A DNA stretch of 64,000 bases from Thermoprotei archaeon (GCA_003649205.1 QMRC01000003.1:32001-96000); one strand, 5' to 3'; positions 41,401 to 51,002 are shown, counted from the stretch's first letter. A program made the numbers and translations. The notes: generated by a model not told the origin, from the sequence alone.

Positions 41401-41625
41401 ATGGGTAGAGTACGTTGTCTCTGCGTTACTTGTAGTAGAGATGGTAGAGGTGGCTTCTTCAGTATTGACGAGAATGAAATCATTAAGGCTCTAAAGGGTG
41501 AGAGCTTAGTTAAGTGTCCTTACTGTGGGTCAACTAAGGTTAAGGTTTTGGAGAAGAGGTGGTTTGAAGAGATTAAGAAGAGGCTAGGTATTGAGAGGAG
41601 TGGACTCTACGTCAATCCTCAGTAG
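41401..41625 (+). CDS. Small zinc-ribbon protein
   Basis: CVTC...CPYCGS; SD AGGTGA. Confidence 0.7.
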   Translation: MGRVRCLCVTCSRDGRGGFFSIDENEIIKALKGESLVKCPYCGSTKVKVLEKRWFEEIKKRLGIERSGLYVNPQ

Positions 41626-41639
41626 TAGAGGTTAGTGAT

Positions 41640-42284
41640 GTGGTGCTAAAGGCCATAGTATTCGATGTTGATGGTACGTTAGTTGATAGTGTGGATGCTG
41701 TTGTAGAGAGCTTTAGGTTAGCTGCTAAAGAACTTGGAGTAGGTATTGATCTAGATGCTGTGAAGAGACTTTTAGGTTTACCTAGTAGGGAAATTGCTAG
41801 ATTGGTAGGTGTTCCCAGCAACTTACTAGATAGATTTGTTGAACTTCGTAGACAGTACATGGGGATGCTGTGGAGTAGGTACGTTAAGCTCTATCCAGAC
41901 GTCATTGAGGTATTGTCAGAGCTACGTCGTAGAGGATTTAAGCTTGGAGTAGCCTCAGGTAACATCAGGAGTAGGCTAGAGTTCATGCTGAATTACTTCG
42001 GTATTGCTCAGTACTTCGACGCCGTAGTAGCTCAGGACGAAGTCCAAAGACCCAAACCATACCCTGACATAATAGTTGAGGCATTGAGGAGACTAGGTGT
42101 TGAACCAGAGGAATCGATCTACGTTGGTGATACGGTAATAGATGTAGTTTGCGCTAGATCAGCAAATGTAAAGATTGTAATCGTGAAGAGACCACATGTC
42201 ACTGATGATCTAGGTGCAGACTATGTGATTAGAGATTTACGTGAATTACTCAACTTAGTTGATGAACTAGCGAGATCTAGGTGA
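41640..42284 (+). CDS. HAD-superfamily phosphatase
   Basis: FDVDGTLVDS, KPYPD, YVGDTVID. Confidence 0.92.
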   Translation: MVLKAIVFDVDGTLVDSVDAVVESFRLAAKELGVGIDLDAVKRLLGLPSREIARLVGVPSNLLDRFVELRRQYMGMLWSRYVKLYPDVIEVLSELRRRGFKLGVASGNIRSRLEFMLNYFGIAQYFDAVVAQDEVQRPKPYPDIIVEALRRLGVEPEESIYVGDTVIDVVCARSANVKIVIVKRPHVTDDLGADYVIRDLRELLNLVDELARSR

Positions 42285-42330
42285 TGAGTGCCCGGATTAG
42301 CTGATTGATGAGGAGGAGTTGCTCAGCTGA
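42281..42330 (+). ncRNA. Box C/D guide sRNA overlapping the HAD stop codon
   Basis: C GTGATGA, guide GTGCCCGGATTAG, D' CTGA, C' ATGAGGA, guide GGAGTTGCTCAG, D CTGA. Confidence 0.88.
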
Positions 42331-42344
42331 ACTCGCTAGCTCGC

Positions 42345-43580
42345 TTAGCCTTTCGCATACTTCGCTATTACCTCAAGTACATTAGCTACGTACTCTCTAA
42401 CAGGGGATGGTATCTTATCGAGACCTACCTCGAGGAATCCTCTAACAAGCATTGATGTAGCTTCCTCCTCAGTGAATCCCTTAGACATCAAGTACTCTAA
42501 CTCATCTCTAGAGATTCTACCGAGAGCAGCCTCATGAGTAAGCTCAGCAAGCTCAGTACAGGTCCTCAACATAGGTATTGCCTCACCTCTAGCCCTTGTA
42601 GACAGTATGAGACCCTTACAGTCAAGATGACCCTTACACCTCCTCTCACCAACAAGCTCACCTCTCATGACTACATACGCCTCATCCCTAATAACGGACC
42701 TAGAAACCACCTCACCTCTCGTATCATCACCACTAAACACAATACAACCACCAACATCCAATTGCGAAGTCCTACCAGCTAGGAGTATAGTTGTGAGGTA
42801 TGCCTGAGCATCCCTACCAACTAAGTAAACGGTTGGGTACATCTGAAGAGATTTGACAGGAGCCATAGTCACATAGTAGCTAACGAAGAAACCACCATCC
42901 TCAACAATAGCTGCTTCCCTAGGCCTAACATGAGTTTCATGACCCCAGAAGTGAACCATAGTAAATGTCAACTTAGCATTCTTCCTCACGTAGAACTCAG
43001 AGACACCTATGTGAAGCGCCTTTGTAGGTAAAGACGCACATGCTGTCACGAGATTCAGCTCAGCACCTTCATCAACGATAATTACGTTATGCACCAACTG
43101 AGCAACAGACTCCCTATGAATGAAGAGACAAGCCTGAATAGGCTCCTTAACCTTAACACCAGGTGGTACATAGATGAAGTAACCATGCTTACCATATAGC
43201 TCAGTAGCAGCAGTGTACTTATCGAGATCAACAGGTACAGCACGCCAATAGTAATCACGAACCCAATCAAACTTCTTCAAAGCATCCTCAATACTCGTAA
43301 CGACAACACCATACCTCCTCAACTTCTCAACAACATAAGTCCTCACAACGCTGTAATCAAGCTGAAAGTACGTACCACCAACCCTCTCCTCACTAACATC
43401 AACACCCAACTCCCTAGCCCTCTCAACAACACCACTAGGAAGCTCCTCAATCCTCCTCTCCTCAACAGTAGCAGGAACAGAAGTAATGAACTCACTAAAA
43501 TCAACATCAACACCATAGGGAGGTACCTTACTCAACGCATTCTCAGCTCTCCTTCTCAACTCAACCCTCCAACCAGACAT
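42345..43580 (-). CDS. SufB/SufD-family Fe-S scaffold protein
   Basis: PIQAC, VHNVII, H.GVSEFY, KSLQMYP, GHLDCKGL, LTHEAALG. Confidence 0.9.
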   Translation of the reverse strand: MSGWRVELRRRAENALSKVPPYGVDVDFSEFITSVPATVEERRIEELPSGVVERARELGVDVSEERVGGTYFQLDYSVVRTYVVEKLRRYGVVVTSIEDALKKFDWVRDYYWRAVPVDLDKYTAATELYGKHGYFIYVPPGVKVKEPIQACLFIHRESVAQLVHNVIIVDEGAELNLVTACASLPTKALHIGVSEFYVRKNAKLTFTMVHFWGHETHVRPREAAIVEDGGFFVSYYVTMAPVKSLQMYPTVYLVGRDAQAYLTTILLAGRTSQLDVGGCIVFSGDDTRGEVVSRSVIRDEAYVVMRGELVGERRCKGHLDCKGLILSTRARGEAIPMLRTCTELAELTHEAALGRISRDELEYLMSKGFTEEEATSMLVRGFLEVGLDKIPSPVREYVANVLEVIAKYAKG

Positions 43581-43669
43581 ACAGAGACACCACACAGCAA
43601 CTCGACAAGAGAAGACAATGAAGAAAGAGAAATACCTTACTCAAGAAAATTAGAGAGCGGTGAACAGAC

Positions 43670-43999
43670 ATGAGTCTAGAAGCACTCATGGTGATAGCAG
43701 ATCTAATAGCAATGGTATCGAGAACCTACGGAGTAGAACCAGATACACCAAACTACCTAAACTACCTCCTCTACAGATTTAACCAAGTATATGCACCAGC
43801 AGGAGGACTAAACTGTAGAGAACTCGAACAAAGACTAAGAGAAGACCGTGAGAGGAGGAGAGACGTACTAATCAAGTTACTACATGAATTCACGAGAGAG
43901 TACGTAGAGGAAGTACGTAGGAGGAGAGAGAATACGTACCTCACAAATAGGTACTACCTACGTGAATCAATGTACCTACCATGGAGAAGCAACTGGTAG
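43670..43999 (+). CDS. Hypothetical protein
   Basis: 109-aa ORF with SD GGTGA. Confidence 0.6.
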   Translation: MSLEALMVIADLIAMVSRTYGVEPDTPNYLNYLLYRFNQVYAPAGGLNCRELEQRLREDRERRRDVLIKLLHEFTREYVEEVRRRRENTYLTNRYYLRESMYLPWRSNW

Positions 44000-44048
44000 A
44001 TAGGAAGCGGCTAAGACTAAAATAACGAGTAACTGAGAAATAGCGTAG

Positions 44049-44098
44049 GTGATGAGCACCTGAGCAGCAGAGAGATGAAGAAGCACTTGCCCAACTGA
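44049..44098 (+). ncRNA. Box C/D guide sRNA
   Basis: C GTGATGA, guide GCACCTGAGCAG, D' CAGA, C' ATGAAGA, guide AGCACTTGCCCAA, D CTGA. Confidence 0.87.
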
Positions 44099-44113
44099 CA
44101 ACACAAAGCAACC

Positions 44114-44120
44114 TTTAAAA
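44114..44120 (+). promoter_or_regulatory. TATA box of tRNA-Glu
   Basis: TTTAAAA ~27 nt upstream of the mature tRNA 5' end. Confidence 0.7.
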
Positions 44121-44146
44121 CCCAATTAAAGACAACACAACTAGAT

Positions 44147-44224
44147 GCCCCGGTCGTATAGCCCGGTCAAGTATGCGGGCCTTTCAAGCCCGTGACCCGG
44201 GTTCAAATCCCGGCCGGGGCACCA
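44147..44224 (+). tRNA. tRNA-Glu(UUC), intronless, CCA encoded
   Basis: Acceptor stem GCCCCGG/CCGGGGC, anticodon arm CGGGC-CTTTCAA-GCCCG, T arm CCGGG-TTCAAAT-CCCGG, terminal ACCA. Confidence 0.97.
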
Positions 44225-44539
44225 AAACCTCATCCCCACTACCCACTACATACCTATTTAGTTCCTCTCGAGTTTAGGTCCTAATTAGTTTCAGGGCTGA
44301 AGGTGGGAGCTATAGTTAGGAGGACTAAGTCATTTCTGATCGAGATCTCTATGGCGCTTCGGCATGGGCTGGAATGGGTTTGTGATAGTAATTCCTATAG
44401 CGGTTGAGTAAGTTGTTGGGTTTGAGTTCATGAGATTACACGAGGTGGATGTTGGAGGATTTTCGAGGTTATTGGAGTTGGGAGGTAGAGTATTTCTCAC
44501 ATTCACTAATAGTGTGTAAACTCCGGAAATACGTAAGGT

Positions 44540-44920
44540 GGGGTTTCTCTAGAGATAGGTGTAATTGTGGTAGCTATAGTCGTAACTTACCTCTCAACGT
44601 TTTCTCTGTTATCTCCATTGTTGGTTTTTGCTCTAGCCGTAGTCATGGACAGGTTAGTAACACTCTTCTTGAGTGTGTGGATAGGTGTATTGATGGTTAT
44701 ACAGTACGACGTCCTTGGAGCGACTGTTAAGACTTGAGAGTAAATAGTTAACTGGTGCTTTTGTAGGTGCGCTCTATGCTTTAGATACTATAACCATACG
44801 TACATTAGCGAGTGTGGCTGTACAGGGGGGTCGTAAGTGCGTGTGGAGCAAGTTTCATAGGTTGAAGTCTGGGTTCTTCCTCAACAATACCAATGATGGT
44901 ATACCTGTACTGGGATAAGC
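44540..44920 (+). pseudogene. Degraded NhaC-family (Na+/H+ antiporter-like) gene fragment
   Basis: Frame from 44555 reads FSLLSPLLVFALAVVMDRLVTLFLSVWIGVLM..YDVLGATVKT*E*IVN, followed by shifted fragments GAFVGALYA and GASFIG*. Confidence 0.6.
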
Positions 44921-44930
44921 GCTATACTCG

Positions 44931-44952
44931 AAATTCAAATAAAATTCAAATA
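44931..44952. repeat. 11-bp tandem duplication upstream of the MATE gene
   Basis: AAATTCAAATA x2. Confidence 0.6.
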
Positions 44953-45034
44953 ACTGTTTTCAACTTCCAATGTTTACTCGCGCTGAGGTTTTTGTACTCA
45001 GTTGGTTCTTCTAGAGAGCGTTCAGGTGAAGAGG

Positions 45035-46441
45035 ATGGCTAGTAGTACCATCATCACGTATAGAGAGAGGATACTGAATGGGTCGATAGTTCGGACGCTC
45101 TTATGGTTGTCGTGGCCAGTTATTGTAGGTACTTTCGCTATGATGACTTACAACCTCGTTGATGCGTTGTGGCTTGGTAGGTTGGGTAGGGATGCTTTCG
45201 GAGCACCCACAGTTAGCTGGCCTTTGATAATGTTGTTCAATGCTATAGGTATGAGTATTGCTCAGGCGGGTACAGCATTGATATCTCAGTACTTTGGTGC
45301 TGGAGATTATGAGATGAGTAGTAGGTGTTCTGGTCAGTTGGTAGCTCTGCTCGCGGTACTAGCTCTATCCATTAGCATGCTAGGTGTCTCTACTGTTCAC
45401 ATTCTTCTAAAGTTAATGGGTGTTCCTAAGGACATCTATCCGTTGGCTGTTGCGTACTCTAGGGTTATCTTTGCGGGTATCCCTCTAGCATTTCTAGGAT
45501 TTGCGTTTTCAGCGATTTTGAACTCCTTAGGGGATACTAGAACTCCTATGAAGTTAGTTCTGATCTCGGCTTTGATAAATATCGTATTGGACCCAATACT
45601 CATCTTTGGACTCTTTGGGTTACCGGCATTGGGTGTTGTAGGGGCTGCGCTAGCAACACTGTTGGCGAGGGGGATTGTTTCGTTTGTAGGTCTCTACATG
45701 CTTGTAAGGGGAGTTCATGGGATTAAGTTGCGTCTCAGGTGTATGAGGATTGAGAGGTGGTGGCTCAGGAAGGTGGTTTCCATAGCTGTACCCATATACA
45801 TCCAGTCATCTTCGAACGCGCTGGGTTTCACTGTCATGATGAGTATAGTGTCTCGATTTGGCTCCGTAGCAGTTGCTGCGTATGGGATAGGTATCAGGAT
45901 TGTAGATATCGTACAGGCGTTTACGATGGGTATTCAGAGAGCTACCTCGATTATGGTGGGTCAGTGTGTTGGTGCTGAACTCTATGATCGAGCGAAGAGG
46001 ATCTCAAGAACGTCAATAACTCTCGTAACCTCAATCCTGGGGGTGGGAGCTATCGCCATATATGTGTTTAGGGATGCTGTAATATCATTCTTTGTACCTG
46101 ATCCCCTTGTCATTGAGGAGGGGGACGTATTCTTGAGTTACTTCGTCTGGAGTATTCCGTTCTTTGGTATCTTCTTCGTGTGTAATGGTGTTGCCCAGGG
46201 TTCTGGCCACCCTGAGGCTATGACTGTGATATCTGTAGTGAGGCTGTGGCTATTTAGGATAGGTTTATCGGTACTGCTTGCACTGTACCTAGGTATGGGG
46301 TCGACAGGTATTTGGGTGGCGATGTCGGTGAGTAACGTAGCTGCTGGCTTACTATCTCTAGCGTGGATATCGAGGGGGACGTGGCTTAGGAGAGTTATAG
46401 AACCGAGAGAATTATCGATAAAAACACCGTTTCAAACTTAG
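45035..46441 (+). CDS. MATE-family efflux transporter
   Basis: YNLVDALWLG.LG, GDTRTPM, NIVLDPILIFG, GAALAT; about 12 TM; ATG follows AGGTGA. Confidence 0.93.
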   Translation: MASSTIITYRERILNGSIVRTLLWLSWPVIVGTFAMMTYNLVDALWLGRLGRDAFGAPTVSWPLIMLFNAIGMSIAQAGTALISQYFGAGDYEMSSRCSGQLVALLAVLALSISMLGVSTVHILLKLMGVPKDIYPLAVAYSRVIFAGIPLAFLGFAFSAILNSLGDTRTPMKLVLISALINIVLDPILIFGLFGLPALGVVGAALATLLARGIVSFVGLYMLVRGVHGIKLRLRCMRIERWWLRKVVSIAVPIYIQSSSNALGFTVMMSIVSRFGSVAVAAYGIGIRIVDIVQAFTMGIQRATSIMVGQCVGAELYDRAKRISRTSITLVTSILGVGAIAIYVFRDAVISFFVPDPLVIEEGDVFLSYFVWSIPFFGIFFVCNGVAQGSGHPEAMTVISVVRLWLFRIGLSVLLALYLGMGSTGIWVAMSVSNVAAGLLSLAWISRGTWLRRVIEPRELSIKTPFQT

Positions 46442-46475
46442 GAAATCTCCGAAGCTCAAAGCCTCCTAATCCCCT

Positions 46476-47831
46476 TCACCATCTTCCAGGCTCTCTATCA
46501 GACCATGTAACTAGATAGTAACTGTCGCTCGTGCTCGCTGTAATCGTGAACATTGGTAGTTCTAGGACCACTGTCGCTACTTTCTTCACTGACCAGATAT
46601 ATGGTTCACTACCTCGTGAGATGTCTAGAAAACCCTCAATAGCGAAATCAGTTTCTTTCTCTGCATTTGGTGCATTAGTTAATAGCTGATACGTGATTTC
46701 ACACCAACGTGGTATATCAGAATCGGCGGAGTACCATAGATAGTCAGGAGCTACACTAAACGATACAGCTACGTATGGTGGGCCGAAGCCTATTGTGAAT
46801 GTAATGGATTGAATCCAAGATTTTGTTCCCTGTGGTCTGTAAGTTACTATCAACTGCTCATCATACATATCGTATAGTGAATTATAATATGTGTACCATT
46901 CGTAAGGGGACCAACCGCTCTCGCCTTCAAGCCATTGGACAGAAACAATTACGAAATCTGGTCCGCTATACGTCACATAGCAGTAAACTTTATCGTAATG
47001 AGTATATTCGCCAACTACTTGCTCTTCATACGTTATCCCTAGGACGTTGTAGACGTAGCCCATGAATTCATATCCAACAATCTCAACGACATCCTGAGGA
47101 ATGTAGCATGTTGCTGGATTGAATCTAGATGCATGGGTGTGTACCCTAAGTGCATTGGACTTCCTAGTCTTCAATACCTCAATAATGTACTTCACTAACT
47201 TCACTGCAACACTCTTAAGGGTATCCTCCCTATATGCCCAATCACCCTTCGCGATATATCTGAAGTACCCTGGTATAGCTCTTAGCTCACCAATCCTCAG
47301 TATAGCTAGTCCAAGAGCTATGGTATTATTCCCAAGACTAAAGCTAGGTACTTTAACACCTTTCCTCAATTCAACGTCCTCGGTTATGGCTATTGTTAAG
47401 TTGTTGAGAACAAAATTACTCAGTAGCTTCGATGCTACAATGTGCGTGGTATTACCGTAGATTACAAGTACTCCATAGTTCATGAGGTAGCTAGCAGTTA
47501 CCTTGCTCAGATCCGTGATTGTGTAGTTATCTTGCCTTAACAACCAATTAGAGTCAATGAGCGTCAGATTTGCCCACTGTAGATACCTGTGATCTAGGTA
47601 GTAGAGTACACACACCTTAACAGTAGGTACTAACTTCTTGACTTGATTAAGTAGTGACATGTAGTAGGGCACCAAGTCTTTACAGCTTAGAACATATACC
47701 TTAAGGTACTTGACCTGTTCTGCACTAGCACATTGTCCTTCACTGGAAGATAAGGTAGCTAAGCGTAGATGTAAGACACTCATTATTGGTAGTAGCGTGA
47801 TGAGTACAAGCACAAACACGTAGTATCTCAT
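46476..47831 (-). CDS. Hypothetical secreted protein
   Basis: N-terminal signal-like segment; Tyr/Trp-rich beta C-terminal half. Confidence 0.65.
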   Translation of the reverse strand: MRYYVFVLVLITLLPIMSVLHLRLATLSSSEGQCASAEQVKYLKVYVLSCKDLVPYYMSLLNQVKKLVPTVKVCVLYYLDHRYLQWANLTLIDSNWLLRQDNYTITDLSKVTASYLMNYGVLVIYGNTTHIVASKLLSNFVLNNLTIAITEDVELRKGVKVPSFSLGNNTIALGLAILRIGELRAIPGYFRYIAKGDWAYREDTLKSVAVKLVKYIIEVLKTRKSNALRVHTHASRFNPATCYIPQDVVEIVGYEFMGYVYNVLGITYEEQVVGEYTHYDKVYCYVTYSGPDFVIVSVQWLEGESGWSPYEWYTYYNSLYDMYDEQLIVTYRPQGTKSWIQSITFTIGFGPPYVAVSFSVAPDYLWYSADSDIPRWCEITYQLLTNAPNAEKETDFAIEGFLDISRGSEPYIWSVKKVATVVLELPMFTITASTSDSYYLVTWSDREPGRW

Positions 47832-47877
47832 TACGTTTCACCACAGATGAACCATGCTAGCTAATTCAGAGGTGGTA

Positions 47878-48282
47878 TCACAGCGCTAGATATCCAACCC
47901 ATTTCAATCTACCTGACTTCACATCAATGGTAAATCCAACAATATCACGGAGACCAAGTATGAAAGTGTTCAGGACTTCGTAACTCTTCAGTATCTCCTT
48001 GACTTCAGTACTTAACCTAGTTAAGACCGCCACTGAAGGTCCTACAGTGATGTCCTCTATAATCAACGTATCGATTACACATAGCCTACCTTCAATCTGA
48101 CAGCAAATACCTCTCAACAATATCCTCTCTGGTCTCTCCAGTAGCTTTACACCAATTTCATTAGCTAGCTCCTCATCAATTATGCTGTATGTAGCTCCTG
48201 TATCAACTAGTACATTACCTTCAGTAACTCTTCTACTTCCTTTAATGACTACTCTAGCTTTGATGATGGGATTTACCTCCAC
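47878..48282 (-). CDS. Retropepsin-like aspartic protease
   Basis: LVDTGATYSII and ILG motifs, 134 aa. Confidence 0.8.
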   Translation of the reverse strand: MEVNPIIKARVVIKGSRRVTEGNVLVDTGATYSIIDEELANEIGVKLLERPERILLRGICCQIEGRLCVIDTLIIEDITVGPSVAVLTRLSTEVKEILKSYEVLNTFILGLRDIVGFTIDVKSGRLKWVGYLAL

Positions 48283-48343
48283 TTAAATCCCCATTGATAT
48301 TGAGTATGATTTAAGCTATAAGGGGTGTTGTTTTGGTGCTTGG

Positions 48344-49399
48344 TTACTGCTTTCTTAGTTCACGTAGTGTTTTGGTGAGGTTTTCTGGTAGTATGTCTGT
48401 TATTGGTTCTTGGTGGAGTACTTCCATGAATCCTCTGTCGTTTGTGTAGTATGGTTGTAGTGGTTTTCTTGCTCCTATCCTTATGAGTAGGGGTAGGTCT
48501 GTTCCTGGTAGTGAGTACATGCTCACGTTTATGCTATCTGTCTTCACCGCTTGTCTGTAGGGGTTGAGTAGGTTCTTTATGTCTTCAGCTAGGTACCTTA
48601 CTTCGCTATCACTTAGCTCCCTTATGTCACTTACCTGAGCTGTGCCTATAATTTCGCCAGGTATCCAAGGTGCATAGGCTACGATCCAGGTCACTAATTT
48701 ACCTCTCCATAGGAATCTCTCACCTAGCTTCTCTTCAGACTCCACTAGGTCCTGAATGAGGTCTGTGCCCCACTTACTCCTATATTCCCTGTACTTCTGT
48801 AGGAGTAGTGCTGTGTAGTTTCCTAGCTTTACGTCAGCTACTAGCTGTAGGTGTGGATGTAGTATTGATGCTCCTGCTGGTGCTAGGTAGTTTAGGTTTA
48901 TGGTGAAGTACCTCACTTCTCTGTCCCTAGTAGATATCTTCCTGAAGTACTCTATAGAGAGGTGTAGTGCGTGATACCACTCCTCGGTAGTGAGTTCTTG
49001 GTATTCCTTGAAGTGTTTTGGTGTTAGTGTTACTACTGCGTGGTACTTTGCGAAGGGGTATAGGTTTGGGAATAGGTACTGTGATTTCTCGATTAACCTA
49101 CCTTCCTCCAGTATATGTGGTGGGTACTTTGGTGTTGATCTCTCTACTGTGCAGAAGGGGCATTTCTCGTCGTAGTCTTTTCTTTTCCAGCTCTCTACTT
49201 CAGGTGGTGTTAGTGGTACTTGTCTTGGTCTCATTGCACGCTCTACACTGATCCTCACCCAGAGATCTGTAAAGGGATCTTGTCTGTACTCGATAATTGA
49301 TTTCTTGATCTTGAAGTCAGGTGGTGCCTCTAGCTCTACCTCGGTGATTAACTTCTTGAATACGATACCTCTGATACCCTCTGTTATGACCTCTCTCAT
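48344..49399 (-). CDS. Galactose-1-phosphate uridylyltransferase-like protein
   Basis: EYRQDP, RAMRP, CPFC, PNLYP, AGASILHPHLQ. Confidence 0.88.
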   Translation of the reverse strand: MREVITEGIRGIVFKKLITEVELEAPPDFKIKKSIIEYRQDPFTDLWVRISVERAMRPRQVPLTPPEVESWKRKDYDEKCPFCTVERSTPKYPPHILEEGRLIEKSQYLFPNLYPFAKYHAVVTLTPKHFKEYQELTTEEWYHALHLSIEYFRKISTRDREVRYFTINLNYLAPAGASILHPHLQLVADVKLGNYTALLLQKYREYRSKWGTDLIQDLVESEEKLGERFLWRGKLVTWIVAYAPWIPGEIIGTAQVSDIRELSDSEVRYLAEDIKNLLNPYRQAVKTDSINVSMYSLPGTDLPLLIRIGARKPLQPYYTNDRGFMEVLHQEPITDILPENLTKTLRELRKQ

Positions 49400-49447
49400 G
49401 AGTATCGCCTAGAGAGAACGAGGAGGTTAGCAGGTAAAAGCTTTGTC

Positions 49448-49942
49448 TTAGAGAGCTTGCTTAGGTGATAGCCTCTTCTTAAGGTGCTTAGCGATCTTCC
49501 TCACTGGTATGAACCTATCTGGCACCTCCTCCATGTACTTAATGTACACAGTACCGAACTTCTCGATCATTAATCTCTCTTCTCTAACTGCGAGGTAGTA
49601 GTGATGTAGTGTAAGTACGGTAGCTATTGCTAATCCGGGTACACTACCAAATGCTATGGCTAGTCCGTAGAATGCTAACGATAGACCTAGGTATCCTGGA
49701 TGTCGAATCCAGGAGTAGATTCCATGTGTAGCTACGTAGTCTATTTCCTCAATACCTCTATGTGCTCTTGGGTGTGCTCTATGACTTAGGTAGTGGATGT
49801 ACATACCTAATCCAAAGATGATATAACCTACGAGTAGTAGTACGTAACTGCTGTAGTTGAGATCTAGTACGTATCCAGTAGCAATGCCTAGGATTAGTGC
49901 AAGCCACACGCAGATGTACTTCAGTGCTTGAGGGGGCTTCAT
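49448..49942 (-). CDS. Isoprenylcysteine carboxyl methyltransferase/PEMT-family membrane protein
   Basis: GIYSWIRHPGYLG, EE..M.EKFG..Y..Y. Confidence 0.85.
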   Translation of the reverse strand: MKPPQALKYICVWLALILGIATGYVLDLNYSSYVLLLVGYIIFGLGMYIHYLSHRAHPRAHRGIEEIDYVATHGIYSWIRHPGYLGLSLAFYGLAIAFGSVPGLAIATVLTLHHYYLAVREERLMIEKFGTVYIKYMEEVPDRFIPVRKIAKHLKKRLSPKQAL

Positions 49943-50064
49943 GGTGATTCCCTAGTAGGAAAGTAGTCAGATTTAGATAAAGCTTTGTGTACTACGTTAT
50001 GTGGTAATTCATCTGTTATGAGTTGATTGGGTGATTTACTCCCAATAATGGGGGTAGATGTGTT

Positions 50065-50571
50065 TTGAGGAATTTGGCGCAGGTACCTGAGCCGTATCGG
50101 AGTATACTCTTGAAGTTGGTTGAGGTTCTTGAGAGGAGGTTTGGTGATGACTTGGTATCTGTTGTGCTTTTTGGTTCTGTAGCTAGGGGTGAGGCAAGAC
50201 CTGATAGTGATGTAGATTTGATTATTGTGGTTAGGAATCTCCCTAGGGGTAGGTTTAGGAGACAGGACTTGTTCATGGAAGTTGAGAAGGAGTTAGAGCC
50301 TTTGCTTGAGGAGTTGGAGAGGCGAGGTTACTACATTGAGTTCTCTCCAATACTGAAGACACCGGAGGAAGCGAGTAGGGTTGTACCTCTGTACCTAGAT
50401 CTTGTTGAGGATGCTGTGTTGCTGTATGATAGGGATGACTTCTTCAGGAATATCCTCGAGAATTTGAGGAGGAGATTGGAGGAGCTCGGTGCTGAGAGAG
50501 TGAGATTTGGTAAGTTATGGTACTGGAGGTTGAAGCGTGATTATAGGTTTGGTGAGGTGATTGAGATCTGA
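50065..50571 (+). CDS. Minimal nucleotidyltransferase (MNT antitoxin)
   Basis: FGSVARGEARPDSDVD. Confidence 0.92.
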   Translation: MRNLAQVPEPYRSILLKLVEVLERRFGDDLVSVVLFGSVARGEARPDSDVDLIIVVRNLPRGRFRRQDLFMEVEKELEPLLEELERRGYYIEFSPILKTPEEASRVVPLYLDLVEDAVLLYDRDDFFRNILENLRRRLEELGAERVRFGKLWYWRLKRDYRFGEVIEI

Positions 50572-51002
50572 GGAATACAGAGATGGCACTATCCTACGTG
50601 AGACAAGCTGAGGAGAGGATTCACCATGCTAGAGAAGCTCTTGAAAGAGGGAACTACCCCTATGTAGTGAGGCAATGTCAAGAGGCTGTCGAGCTGTTGC
50701 TCAAAGCAGCACTAAGATTAGTTGGTGTAGAGCCTCCTCGTTGGCACGATGTTGGACCAATACTGAGGAGAGAAGCCGATAGATTCCCTGAATGGTTTCG
50801 TCGTGATATACCAACTATGGCCAGATACTCAAGGAGATTACGTAGAGAGAAGGAACCAAGTATGTACGGTGATGAAGAGTCCGGACTTCCACCAGAAGCT
50901 CTGTATGATCGTGAGGACGCAGAAGAGGCATTGTACATGGCTCACTACGTCTATGAGAGGGTTAAGAAGCTAGTGGACCTATACCCGCAGGTCAAGCCAT
51001 GA
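50568..51002 (+). CDS. HEPN-domain protein (probable CTG start; first ATG at 50583)
   Basis: QEAVELLLKA, PPRWHDV, R.EPSMYGDE; paired with MNT. Confidence 0.9.
   Translation: MRNTEMALSYVRQAEERIHHAREALERGNYPYVVRQCQEAVELLLKAALRLVGVEPPRWHDVGPILRREADRFPEWFRRDIPTMARYSRRLRREKEPSMYGDEESGLPPEALYDREDAEEALYMAHYVYERVKKLVDLYPQVKP

Noticed and set aside
44449-44730. 93-aa ORF from the track
   Set aside because: An overlapping frame gives a recognisable membrane-transporter remnant, so this frame is likely spurious.
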